From: Candidatus Marinacidobacterium sp.
Lineage (GTDB): Bacteria > Acidobacteriota > Vicinamibacteria > Marinacidobacterales > Marinacidobacteraceae
Length of the DNA stretch: 64,000 nucleotides
Reading direction: 5' to 3'
NCBI GenBank assembly: GCA_965204755.1
Contig: OZ242011.1
Span: 3,584,001-3,648,000, forward strand
In this document: positions 26,216 through 36,900 of the stretch, piece after piece
Layout: the number at the start of each line of letters is the position of its first letter
Numbering within the stretch: position 1 is the stretch's first letter
Notes under the pieces: generated by a model
The model's database searches: none
Seen by the model: the letters and a program-made list of their open reading frames with translations, nothing else
Told to the model about the DNA's origin: nothing
Program-made: the position numbers and the translations under genes

Positions 26216-28428
26216 TTACCGGTGGCGCTCGTTCGCTGATTGTGGAGTTCGTTCCTCGGCGGCGCGTTCAGTGTTCAGGGCAAGGAGGCGGGCGAGAACT
26301 TCGTCGTGCACCTCGTCCGGCCAACGGTAGCGCCACCGTTTCCCCGCACCCGATAGCGGTACCTGGTTGCCTCTGTCATCGTGATCGACGAGAAACTCGC
26401 ACTTCGTAGGAATGTCGTTCCAGCCGTAGGCGGCGAGGACGGCACTGTCCATCGCCTCGTGAAGTTCGCGGAGGCGGTGGATCGCAGGATCATGCTCGTC
26501 GGGCGCATGAAAGCGGTTGTACGTCTTAGTCAGTCCCTCCCTCCGCGCGCTCATATATTTCGCCCGCCATGCGTCGTACTGGTGCCCGGCAGTCTCGAGA
26601 TTTGTACGGGTCTGCCACTTCTCGGGAAGAGGAAAAGTGTCGAAGCAAGTGGACGGGTGGTAGTCCCCTCGCGATGAACCGAAGAAGCGCGCCCAGATCT
26701 CATGTAGACGGGATTGGAGGACACAATAGGTAGCATAGGTCTCAAGCGCGAAGATGATCAGGGAGTGTTGATAGATCATCTCGGTCGGGAGAAACGCGAA
26801 CGCCGTGTGTGAACTCACACTGGCGATAGCCAAGACACGGGAAAGTCCGTGCGTCGCGGCGTAGAGATGCGTGCGATGGTCCCCATAGCGCCACCAACGA
26901 TCACTGTGGGACTTGCGGCGTTGACGCAGACGCTCGGGGCGGACTTTGTGTTTGACGATCTCCAAGATGTCTGGCCAGTCCTCGGCAACCGGGTCGGGGT
27001 AGTCCAGCGGCACGACCGTCTGGCGCCGCATGTGATTTCGTTCGCGGTCATCGGCGCGTGACCACAACCGACCGATGTCGTCGCGCCGAAGGGGCCAGTC
27101 CTGGAAGTCGATGGCGTAGCGGTGATGTGCGTGAGTAGGACTGGTGTTCAGTTCGAGCCCGCCGATGGTGGGGTGAACGACGTTTCGGTTTCGCTCGTCA
27201 CTCCGAAAGAGGTGTCTCATCGTGCTCAGAGGTGTGGCGGCATCGCTTCGTGCGAAGTCGTCGAAGGTGAACCCCATGCCGTGAAGAAAACTGCCGACGA
27301 AACTCTTTCCGCGATTTGAGTCTAAGGAAACCGGACCGCGATCGCTGCCCGAGTGAAACAGAAATGCGGTAATTCGGTCAACCGGACGCCCGTTCAGGTG
27401 TCGGCGTAGAGGGAACGCACCCTTGCGGACATGAGCGACACTCACGAAGACGGTGGCGGGGCCGGGCCAGCTCAGGCGAGTTCGTGCGTCGTAGATTGTT
27501 CCGCCTGACTCGCAGATAGTTTGTAGGCCGTGGACGCGGGTGTCACCAGTGGTGATCTCGCTAGTGGCGATGAGGCCGAAGTGACCTTGATCGCGGAGCA
27601 GGGAAAAGGCTTGCCGGAGGAAATGGGCGGCGAGATCAGCATTGCTCGTGCGTGATCGGTGACGAGTGGCCAGCCAGTCGCGGTACTGTGAGCCGAGGAC
27701 TGTGCTGATTCGTTTTCCGCCCAGAAAAGGCGGATTGGAGACGATCGCGTCAAATCCGGGATTCTGGCGGCCAAAGACCTCCGGGAACTCGACTTCCCAA
27801 TGGAAGGGAGCAAACGGTGGATCGTGGGTTCGCTGTTCTTCGAGCGATGGCCGTAGCTCGGCCGCGGTATCGTTGAGAACGAGGAGGGCAAGTTCGCGAA
27901 GTCTTCTGCTCCGAGCGGCCGGCCGAGTGCTGTGGAAGAAGGCGGAGAGAGCCAAATCACCGTAGAGAGTGACATTCGCCGCCGCGTCCCGTGCCTCGCG
28001 CTCCCAGTCGCGGAGTCGCCGGTCCGGCGTGTCGGGTTCGGCGGTTTGAATGCGCCGGCGGAATTCGGTGACCTTCCGGACCTGGTTGGAGACGATTTCT
28101 GCCTCGAAACGCTGTTGAATGGGTTCGCCGTCGGCGAACCAGTGGAATCTGTCGATCTGCTTTTGGGACAGTCCCACGAGGGAATCGCCCGCCCGGAGGG
28201 CGTGGTCGACAAAGCTGAGCGGCTGGTCTTTGGCCAGCGTGGCCAACCAGAGGGACAACTTAGCGAGGTCCACGGCGATGGGGTTTCTGTCCACACCGTA
28301 GAGGCACCGACGGACGATCAGCCGCCGAGCGAAGGTCTCGTCGTCTTGGTCAGAGGGTATCTCTGGGCGGTCCCCGTGGTGGCACCAGGACTCGGTCAGT
28401 TGTCGGCCCAAATGGCGGCAGACTTCGA
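26216..28428 (-). pseudogene. drmMI: DrmMI adenine methyltransferase, 3' part (motif IV and TRD), separated by the IS
   Basis: CLYGVDRNPIAVDLAKLSLWL, FHWEVEFPEVF, GFDAIVSNPPFLGG, EGLTKTYNRFH, YRWPDEVHDEVLARLL. Confidence 0.88.
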
Positions 28429-28523
28429 CTAGGCCGAAGTTCCAGCCCGAAGAGCGCTTCAAGCCCTTGTGCGCCAACGAGTTCCGCCCGTTTCGGAGGA
28501 GCATATTGTAGCCAGTAAATGAC

Positions 28524-28552
28524 TTGCTTTCCGCTCCGGACGACCTTACGAT
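28524..28552 (+). promoter_or_regulatory. Sigma70-like transposase promoter TTGCTT-N17-TACGAT, nearly leaderless
   Basis: Canonical spacing; ATG lies 9 nt after the -10 box. Confidence 0.6.
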
Positions 28553-28561
28553 TCCCCCGAG

Positions 28562-30319
28562 ATGCCCCGGAGGAAGAGCCCCGGTCATGTCGCCAAGATC
28601 GTCCACAGACGGAACGGCAAGACCTACACCTCCTACCTCCTCCGGCGGTCCTACCGCGAAGGCGGCAAGGTCAGGCACGACACCTACGGCAACATCTCCC
28701 ACTTCCCGCCGCATCTCATCGATGTCGTCCGACGGGCGCTCGGCGGCGAGACCCTGGTCCCCGCCGGCGAGGCGTTCGCCTGTGAGCGCTCCCTCCCCCA
28801 CGGCGCCGCCGCGGCCGCCCTCGGCCTGCTCCGCGCCCTGGGCCTCGACCGCGCCCTCGCCGCCCGCCGCTCCCGCCAGCGCGACCTCGCCGTGGCGATG
28901 ATCGTCGCCAGCCTGCTCGAACCCCGAACCAAACTGGCCACCGCCCGCGCCCTCCGCCCGGAGACCGCCGCCTCCTCCCTGGGCCAGCTGCTCGACCTGG
29001 GGGAGGTGGACGAGAACGACCTGTATGCCGCCCTGGACTGGCTGGGCCGGCGGCAGGCGGCGGTGGAGGCCCGGCTCGCCGGGCGGCACCTGCGCCGGGG
29101 CTCGTTGGTGCTCTACGACCTGAGCTCCTCCTGGTTCGAGGGGCGCTGCTGCCCGCTGGCGGCGCGGGGCTACAGCCGGGACGGCAAGCGGGGGACGCGG
29201 CAGGTGGTGTTCGGGCTGTTGTGCTCGGCCGAGGGGTGCCCGGTGGCGGTGGAGGTGTTCGAGGGGAACACCGTGGACTCGGCGACGGTGACGGCCCAGG
29301 TGGAGAAGTTGCGGGAGCGGTTCGGGCTCTCGCGGGTGGTGCTGGTGGGGGATCGGGGGATGCTGACCGAGGCCCGGATCCGGGAGGACCTGTCCGGGGT
29401 CCCGGGGCTGGGCTGGATCACCGCGCTGCGCTCCACCGACCTCCGCCGACTGGTGCGGACCGGGACGGTGCAGCCCTCGCTGTTCGAGGAGCGGGACCTG
29501 GCGGAAGTGCGGGCGCCGGAGTTCCCCGGGGAGCGGCTGGTGGTGTGCCGCAACCCCCGGGTGGCGGCGGACCGCCGGCGCACCCGGAAGGACCTTCTCA
29601 GGGTCACCGAGGCGGGGCTGGCCCGGCTGCGGGCGGCCACCCTCCGGGAGCGGGCGCCGCTGCGCCGCGAGCGCGCCATCATCGAGCGGGCCACCCGCAT
29701 CCTCGACCGCCACCGGATGCGGAAGCACTTCGAGATCGAAACCGGCCCCGGACACTTCGCCTTCCGCCGCCGCGAGGCCCGGATCGCCGAGGAGGCGGCC
29801 CTCGACGGCTTCTATGTGGTGCGCACCAATGTCCCCGCCGACGCCCTCCCCGCCCCCCGCGTCGTCGCCGCTTACAAGCAGCTCAGCGCGGTGGAGGCCG
29901 CCTTCCGCTCGTTCAAGACCTTCTCCCTGCACGTCCGCCCCATCCACCACTGGCGCGCCGACCGCGTCCGCGCCCACTTCTTCCTCCGCATGCTCGCCTA
30001 CCACCTCGAATGGCACCTGCGCCGCCGCCTCGCGCCGCTCCTCTTCCAGGAAGAAGACCCCGCCGCCGCCGAAGCCGCCCGCGAGTCCGTGGTCGCCCCC
30101 GCCGTCCGATCCCCCAAGACCCGAGCCAAGACCGCCGCCCGCAAGACCGAGGAGGGCTTCCCCCTCCACTCCTTCGACACCCTCCTCCAAGACCTCCGAA
30201 CCATCAGCCGCGTCACCGTCCGGATCGCCGACACCCAACACACCTTCGATCAGCTCACCGAACTCACCCCCCTCCAGCGCCGAGCCTTCGACCTCCTCGC
30301 CGTCTCCCCCAACCAGTAG
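28562..30319 (+). CDS. IS1634-family DDE transposase
   Basis: YLLRRSYREGGKV N-terminus; LYDLSSSWFEG, GYSRDG, VGDRGM, YKQLSAVEAAFRSFK, RVRAHFF. Confidence 0.92.
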   Translation: MPRRKSPGHVAKIVHRRNGKTYTSYLLRRSYREGGKVRHDTYGNISHFPPHLIDVVRRALGGETLVPAGEAFACERSLPHGAAAAALGLLRALGLDRALAARRSRQRDLAVAMIVASLLEPRTKLATARALRPETAASSLGQLLDLGEVDENDLYAALDWLGRRQAAVEARLAGRHLRRGSLVLYDLSSSWFEGRCCPLAARGYSRDGKRGTRQVVFGLLCSAEGCPVAVEVFEGNTVDSATVTAQVEKLRERFGLSRVVLVGDRGMLTEARIREDLSGVPGLGWITALRSTDLRRLVRTGTVQPSLFEERDLAEVRAPEFPGERLVVCRNPRVAADRRRTRKDLLRVTEAGLARLRAATLRERAPLRRERAIIERATRILDRHRMRKHFEIETGPGHFAFRRREARIAEEAALDGFYVVRTNVPADALPAPRVVAAYKQLSAVEAAFRSFKTFSLHVRPIHHWRADRVRAHFFLRMLAYHLEWHLRRRLAPLLFQEEDPAAAEAARESVVAPAVRSPKTRAKTAARKTEEGFPLHSFDTLLQDLRTISRVTVRIADTQHTFDQLTELTPLQRRAFDLLAVSPNQ

Positions 30320-30401
30320 TAGCCAGAAACCGAGCCCCGCCACACCCCCGAACCCCAAGAACTACAAGGGACTGAGCGCCTCAAGGCCCTGGAACTTCGG
30401 T

Positions 30402-32217
30402 CTAGGAAGGCTCCGGAACCCATGGCGATATCGCAGATCTTGAGGTCCAAAATGGCGGACGGGCGGGGTGGGGTGTCCTCATCATCACGGAGGCGGGCGA
30501 GGATCGGTTCCAAGGTGCGGCGGACGATTGGTTCGGTGAGCGATCGGGGCGTGTAGTGGGTGCCGGAGCGGCGGCGTTCGTTCGTCGGCTGAAGGATCAT
30601 CCGTCCGGTCCTGACGGGTTCCGGTGTGGCGGCCTTGTCGATGACCGGGTCGAGCGCGGCGTCGAGGGCGTCCATTGTGTTTGCGCCGCGGAGCGCCGCT
30701 TCCTGTTTGGGGGTGAGTTTCCGGTCGCTTCGTTTGCGGAGGAAGGCGGGGCGCTCTCGGGGCGGTGTAGCCAGGAGTTCGTCGAAGTTCAGGATTGCGG
30801 GGGCGCCGCCCTTCTTGGCGGCTCGGATGGCGCGGGAGCGGCCCTCGGCCTGTTCGAGGCGGAAGCCCATCATCGTTTCGTACACGGTGCCGATGTGTTC
30901 CACATCGAGCGCCCGGTAGGAGACGCGTTCGCCGTCGAGGACCAGCAGGTTCTCGAGCGCGCGGTGGATCGCGCCGTCGGGGATGAACGGCGGGTCTATC
31001 GGGGTAGTGAGGGGCGGGCCGATGCGCTGCTGGATCTGCCAACTGCCGGTTTCGCCGCGGCCTTCGAGGAACTTGTACTCGTCGGGGTCGAAGAGGACGC
31101 CCTGGCGGGCGGGGAGCCGCATCGCGCCGGACTTCGCGCCGGCGAACACCATGCGGAACAGCGAGAGAAGCCCGGCCCAGGCGCCGAACCGCTGTTCCAT
31201 CGTGTCCGGGTGCCTCGCGGCGTCTTCGCGGAGGCGCTCGTAGAGGCCGGTGAGCGAGTAGTGACGGAGGAAGACGCCGCTCTCGGCGGTCGGCAGCAGG
31301 TCGCGTTCCTCCGCGTAGAGGAGGAACACGAACCGGAGGACGACGGTGAGCAGGCCGCGGTAGATGCGGTTCGGCGCGGTCTTCAGGACTTCGGAGAGGA
31401 GCCGGCCGTCCGTCTTGTCGTCGGCGGTCTGGAGGCCGCGCAGCAACTCGTAGAGCGAGTGGAGCACCTGTTCGGCAAGGCGTTCGCTGACATCGTTCTG
31501 GTACTTGCGGCTCTTTTCCAGCAGGGCCGCGAGCCGCCGGTCGGTCGGCACGGCGAGGAGGCGCTGTTCGCCCAGCAGCAGCCGCATCGCGGAACAGATG
31601 GGGCGGCCGGCGGTCTCGGTCATCTGGGCGAAGCGGAAGTCGAGCCAACCGGAGTTCTCGCCTTCCGGGGCGGAGATCAGGCGCAGGGACCGTCCGTTGA
31701 AGATGAGGCCGGCCGGGACCTTCTTGGCGCGGAGCAGGCGCTCCATCTCGACTCCGGGGGAGAGGTCGGTGGCGGCGTCCCTGTCGTCGAACTTCCGGGT
31801 CGGGGGGAGGACGCGGACGAGGAGTTGGAAGTCGCTGTCGTCCTTGCCCTTCCGGACGGCGTAGTCCGGGCGGATCACTTGGTCGCCGCCGGGCAGTCGG
31901 ACTTCGAGGTCATCCGGGATCGGGGACTCCGGGGTTCCGGCGTACCCGGAAGGGAAGAAACGCCAACCGAGAGCGCCGCGGGCGAACGCTTCGAAGTCAG
32001 CGGCGAACGGTTCCGGGTCGGCGTCCCCGTCTCCGTCGAAGCGCCGCTCTTCGAGACAGTCCGCGAATGCCTGCTGTCCCTCGATGTCGCGGCGGGGGAG
32101 GATCGCGCCGGCCTTCACCAGCGCGGTGGCGGAGACGACGAGGCCCGTGGGCTGGACGAAGCCCAGCCACTCCAGGTGGTCGCGGACTTCGGGCGGGATC
32201 TTGGCGCGCTTCCTCAC
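30402..32217 (-). pseudogene. drmMI: DrmMI adenine methyltransferase, 5' part (to motif I)
   Basis: HLEWLGFVQPTGLVVS, FLLYAEER, LDVEHIGTVYE, ERRRSGTHYTP, KICDIAMGSGAFL, then IS sequence. Confidence 0.88.
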
Positions 32218-32295
32218 CGGGGATCTCCCGTCGCCGCGTGGTTTCGGTCGAGGCCGCCGGAGGGCAGGGCGCGGTCGAGTTGGGCCATCGGTCGG

Positions 32296-33924
32296 CTACA
32301 CGCCCCAGACTTGGATGAGACGCTCGTCCGCTGCCTCGCTGTCGGCCTTGTCAGCGGGAGCCCAGGTTTCTTCCGTTCCGCCGGACGCGGTTTCGACGGC
32401 GGTTCTCCGCACCGACGCCTCCCGGCGAAAGATCCGCTCGTCCCGGGACTTGCGGTCGTCGGTGTCGAAGACGACCAAGTGTCCTTCGCTCGCCCGGCAG
32501 CGATCCATGTAAGCGGCCGTCTGGGCGGCGCCGCGGCGGATGACCTCGTCCAGGCCGTCGCGCGCCCGCTTGACCTTGCACTCGATGACGAAGACCTGCG
32601 GGGCCCCGGCCCTGCGCCAGGTGATTCGGAGGTCGGCCCGGCCCATGCCGAGGCCGTACTCGCGGGCGATGTGGCCGCCGGCGTTGACGACGCGGTGGAG
32701 GAAGGCCTGCAGCAGCACCTGCGCCGCCGCCTCGCGGTAGGTGAAGCCCTGCGACCACCACTCCCCGTTCTCTCGGAAGAACTGTTGGAACGCGGACAGG
32801 AGTTTCGGGACATCCAGATTGCCGTCGGCGCCGTCGTACCGCTCTTCGTCCTCGGCCACCGCTTCTTCGACGCGCCGGGCGAGGATTCGCGGGATTACTT
32901 CACGGTAGATGGGGTTGGCGATGCGGACGGGGTCGGTGGATGCGATCAGGCCCAAGTTCCGGGCGGACTCCACATCGTCGGGATTCGCGTCGGCCAGCTC
33001 TGGAAGACCGCCCACGATCGGCTCGATCACGCGTCGGAGGCGACCGTCCTTCAGGCAGTCCTCGATCTGCCGGAAGTGCGTAGGGCGCCGGAGGATCAGT
33101 CGTTCCCGGGCATCTCTGACCGCTTCGTCCGTGATGTCACGGGTTCGGTCCCGGCCGGCGGGGGCGTCGAAACTGGCGCCCGCCGCCAGCGCGTTCACCA
33201 GCCACGGCTGGCCTCGCGTGGCGTCCCGGGTTTCGTCCACGGCATCGGCGGTGAATCGCTGCCCGGTTTCCTCCGTGTGCTGTCCGAGGAGCGCTTCGAC
33301 TTCGTTGCTCGAGAAATCATCGAGTCGAATGGATCGGTCGGCGGTGAACGGGTTGCCCGCGGGTATCGGATACTCCCGCGCGCCCCTGACCCCGCACAGC
33401 GCGATGCTCCACGGATGGCCCGCCCGACCGGTCTCGCAGTCCGCGCGCCGTTGCTGCAGGAGAGCGGACAGCAGGTCTTCGGGGAGCGCGTCCGCTTCGT
33501 CGAGGAGCAGCACGAGCGGCTCGGGACTTTCGGCCGCCCAGCGCGTCAGCGTTTCCTGCAGCGCGGCGGCCGGGCCGTACTCCGCGAGCACGCCGGGCCA
33601 AGTCTTCGCAGGGAAGTCGTCGTTGAGCGTCAACTCGGCGCGGGACGCCAGGCAGCTCAACACGGCGCGAATGGCCTGTTCGAAGTCGGGAGCGGTCTGC
33701 GCGGCTTCCAGGTTGGCGTGGATGCAGCGGTAGCCGCGTTCGTTCAGGAGGTCGCGGAGGGCGATGAGCGCGGTGGTCTTGCCGGTCTGCCGGGGCGCAT
33801 GGACGACGAAGTACTGCTTGTCTTCCACGAGGCGGAGCACGCCGTCGAGGTCGAACCGCTCGAGGGGCGGGATGTGGTAGTGCTCGTCCGGGAGGATCGG
33901 CCCGGCGGTGTTGAAGGTGAGCAC
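32296..33924 (-). CDS. AAA-like ATPase fused to a PD-(D/E)XK-like domain (paralog 3)
   Basis: FNTAGP, APRQTGKTT, LLLDEAD, REYGLGMGRADL, FVIECK. GTG at 33924; possible CTG start overlapping the drmD stop. Confidence 0.82.
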   Translation of the reverse strand: MLTFNTAGPILPDEHYHIPPLERFDLDGVLRLVEDKQYFVVHAPRQTGKTTALIALRDLLNERGYRCIHANLEAAQTAPDFEQAIRAVLSCLASRAELTLNDDFPAKTWPGVLAEYGPAAALQETLTRWAAESPEPLVLLLDEADALPEDLLSALLQQRRADCETGRAGHPWSIALCGVRGAREYPIPAGNPFTADRSIRLDDFSSNEVEALLGQHTEETGQRFTADAVDETRDATRGQPWLVNALAAGASFDAPAGRDRTRDITDEAVRDARERLILRRPTHFRQIEDCLKDGRLRRVIEPIVGGLPELADANPDDVESARNLGLIASTDPVRIANPIYREVIPRILARRVEEAVAEDEERYDGADGNLDVPKLLSAFQQFFRENGEWWSQGFTYREAAAQVLLQAFLHRVVNAGGHIAREYGLGMGRADLRITWRRAGAPQVFVIECKVKRARDGLDEVIRRGAAQTAAYMDRCRASEGHLVVFDTDDRKSRDERIFRREASVRRTAVETASGGTEETWAPADKADSEAADERLIQVWGV

Positions 33925-33950
33925 GGCGGTTCGTTGATCGCTGGACAGTG

Positions 33951-36900
33951 TCAGTTGGTGTCCGGCCAGAGATAGACGACGCCCACCGGCTCGAGCCGCG
34001 TGGCGCGGACCTGGTAGAAGTCCCGGACGCGTTTCGGTTCTTCTTCGATCTCGGTCTCGAAGTGCTGCAGCCGACGCTTCCAGGACTTGGCGTCCCGCTC
34101 CGCTTGCCGGCGCTCCTCGCGGTTCAGGTCGTCGAAGAGCAGACGCTGCGGGCCTTCCTTCCGGTACTTCGCCCACTCCTCGGCCACCCGTTTGCGTTGG
34201 CGTTCGAGGGTCGTGCGGAGGGCCTTCGCTTCGGCATCGCCGCGGCTGCGCAGTTTCGCCTCCGCGGCCTTGCGCCGCTGGTCGGCGCGGGACTTCAGGG
34301 CGGGCCGGAGGGCGGCCACATCGTGGGGCGCTTGGGCGAGCAGCGGGCCGTGGACTCGTTCGTCGGGCACGCGATGCTGCGTCAGGGCGCTGTCCAGGAC
34401 TTCCATCGTCCGCCGGTGTTCGTCCGAAGATTCGCCGAACGGCCGGAGTTTCTTCGTGGAGGCGTGTTCGGGGAACCAGCGGGCCGCCACCCTCACTACC
34501 TCCTGGTGGAGCCGCTCGGCCCCGGCGCCGTAGAGGGAGAGCCGACCGAGCAGCACCACCCGGGGGATCGAGTCGGCGCCCTGCGTGAGACAGGCGCGGG
34601 ACAGGTCGTGGTATAGGAATCCCTGGCTGCGGAACCGGGCGAGCAGCCGCTGCGCCAGTCGCTGTTCCAGGTGGAGATGGACCACATCGGCGGCGACGCG
34701 CTCCGGGTCCCGGAAGACGACCGGGCGGGGGCGAGCCCGCTTGCGCCACTCCGCCTCCTTTTCGTCCTTTTTCCTCGGGGAACGCAGCGAGTCGAGGGTG
34801 GTGCGCCAACTGGGGTCGCTCGCCTGCTGCTCGGTCAGGGCGGGGAAACGCCAGACGGATTGCCCGCCTCCACTGCGTTCCTCGATCAGGCCTCCGGCGT
34901 TTTGGAGTTCGAGGGAACGGGACAGGGCGTCGCGGAAGGCGTCTTCGTCGAAGCGGAGATGCCGCCGCGACTTCTCCAGGGTATTGCGGCAAACCTCCAG
35001 TTGCTTTTGGAGTCCGGTGCTCCCGTCGCGGGTCGCTTCCAACACTTCCCGGACGACTCGCGGGTTCCGGGGACCGGCCTGTCCGAGGTGGCCGGCGAGG
35101 GTCCCGGCGTTTCCCGGACAGATCCCGCCGCGAAGCAGGCGTTCGGTGTCGGAGATGACCCGGGCCAGACTGCCCAGTTCCTTGCGGATCGTTTCGGTTT
35201 TCTTGACCAGGACCTCGAGAACCCGGTCTTCGGCGCGCTGCGGGAGTTTGAAATAGCGGCAGGTCACGACCGGTGCGGGTTGGAGTTTGCGGTCGATCCG
35301 GCCGTTGCGCTGTTCGATCCGGCCGGGGTTCCAGGGGAGGTCGAAGTGGAACAGGTCGGCGCAGTGCGCCTGCAGGTTGAGCCCTTCGCGGGCGGCGTCC
35401 GTCGCGATCAGGATGCGGAGCGGCTCTTTCTCCGGGTCGGCATTGAACCGACGCTGGATTTCCCGCCGGTTGTCGAGGCCGGTGAGACCGGTGAGGACTT
35501 CGATCCGCCGGTCGGCCTCGTCGGTGTAGCGGACGGCCGCTTCGAGCATCTCCTTCAGGTACCGCTTCGTGCCTTCGCGGTTCTCCGTGAAGATGAGGAC
35601 CCGCCGGTGGCTCCAGCGGGGCGGCTTCCCGGACGGGCGTTTGTTGAACTCCGGCAGGTCGGGGCACTGGTTCTCGCGGATCCAGCGAACGAGGCGGCGG
35701 ACCTTGGCGTCCGGGAGGTGGCGGTGTTCCTTCGCGACCCGCGCCATTTCGTCGAGGAGCCGGCGCTCCCCGGCGGGAAGCGAGCCGGGAGAGTCGGTGG
35801 CGCGGGTGAGCGCCTCCGCCTGCTCGTCTTCCTCCTTCGCCAAGTCGTCGTCCTCCCAGTCGGCGCGTTCGTCGTCGGCGTCCGGGGCGGCGATGAATCC
35901 CTTCGTCGGTGTCGCTGCGTCCGGGGACGAAGACGACTCGGCGAACTGTCTCTCCACCGTCTTGCGATGCACCTCCAGCGTGCGGGCGAAGGCCTCGATC
36001 GAGGAAAGGAGCCGCTGCTGCAGTCCGACGAGGAGCAGCCGCGCCGCGGTCTGCTCCCGTTTCGACGCCTTCTTCAGCCGCTCTTCCCGGGCGCTCCGGT
36101 ATTCGTCGAGCAGTCGCGAGAGGCGGAGTTCCGGGGCGTCTTCCGGGAGGTCGGCGATGACCACTGCCTCTACCCGGCGCTCCGGGAAGCCGCCGCTCAC
36201 CTCGCGGAGGTCGTCCTTGAGGCGGCGCACCAGCACCGGTTCGAGTTCGCGTTTCTCCCGGATCCGGATGCCGCGGGTGAACCGGCGGGGGTCGAGGATC
36301 TCCATGAGGGCGGCGAAACTGTTGGAGTGGCCGTTATGGGGCGTGGCGGAGAGGAAGAGGCGGTGCTCGAACCGGTTGGCCAGGTCGCGGACCGCGCGGG
36401 TGAACTTGGATTCGATCCCGTACTTGCCGGCCGACGAAGGCGCGGCGTGGTGGGCCTCGTCGAGGATCAGCAGGCTGCCCGGCAGGCGCTCGCCGAGCCA
36501 TTCGCGCATCGGTTCGGCGTAGGCGGGGTCGCGCAGCAGGTTGTGGGAGACGAGGAACCGGGGGTGGGTGCGCCACGGGTTCGCGCCGAAACCGCGTTGG
36601 CGGCGCACCTCGGAGACATAGCGGCGGTCGAGCACCTTGAAGACGAGTCCGAACCGCTCTTCCATCTCGGTCCGCCACTGGTCGAGCACCGACGCCGGCG
36701 CGGCCACGACCACCTGCCGCGCCTTGCGGCGGAGGAGGAGTTCCTGGGCGATGAGGCCGGCCTCGATGGTCTTGCCGAGGCCGGTGTCGTCGGCGATGAA
36801 CAGGTTGACGCGGGGGAGGCGGAGGGCCTTCCGCAGGGGCTCCATCTGGTAGGCGTCGAGCCGGATGCCGGCGCGGAACGGCGCCTGGAGGAGGTCGCGG

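Larger units (their letters stand above)
28433..30401 (+). mobile_element. IS1634-family insertion sequence (about 1969 bp) flanked by duplicated CTAG
   Basis: Ends GCCGAAGTTCCAG and CTGGAACTTCGGT (12/13 inverted match, weaker similarity further in); CTAG at 28429-28432 and 30402-30405. Exact ends ambiguous by up to 2 bp. Confidence 0.9.

Noticed and set aside
26216-30358. 1380-aa ORF as one real protein
   Set aside because: It is the antisense frame of the transposase running into the 3' half of drmMI.
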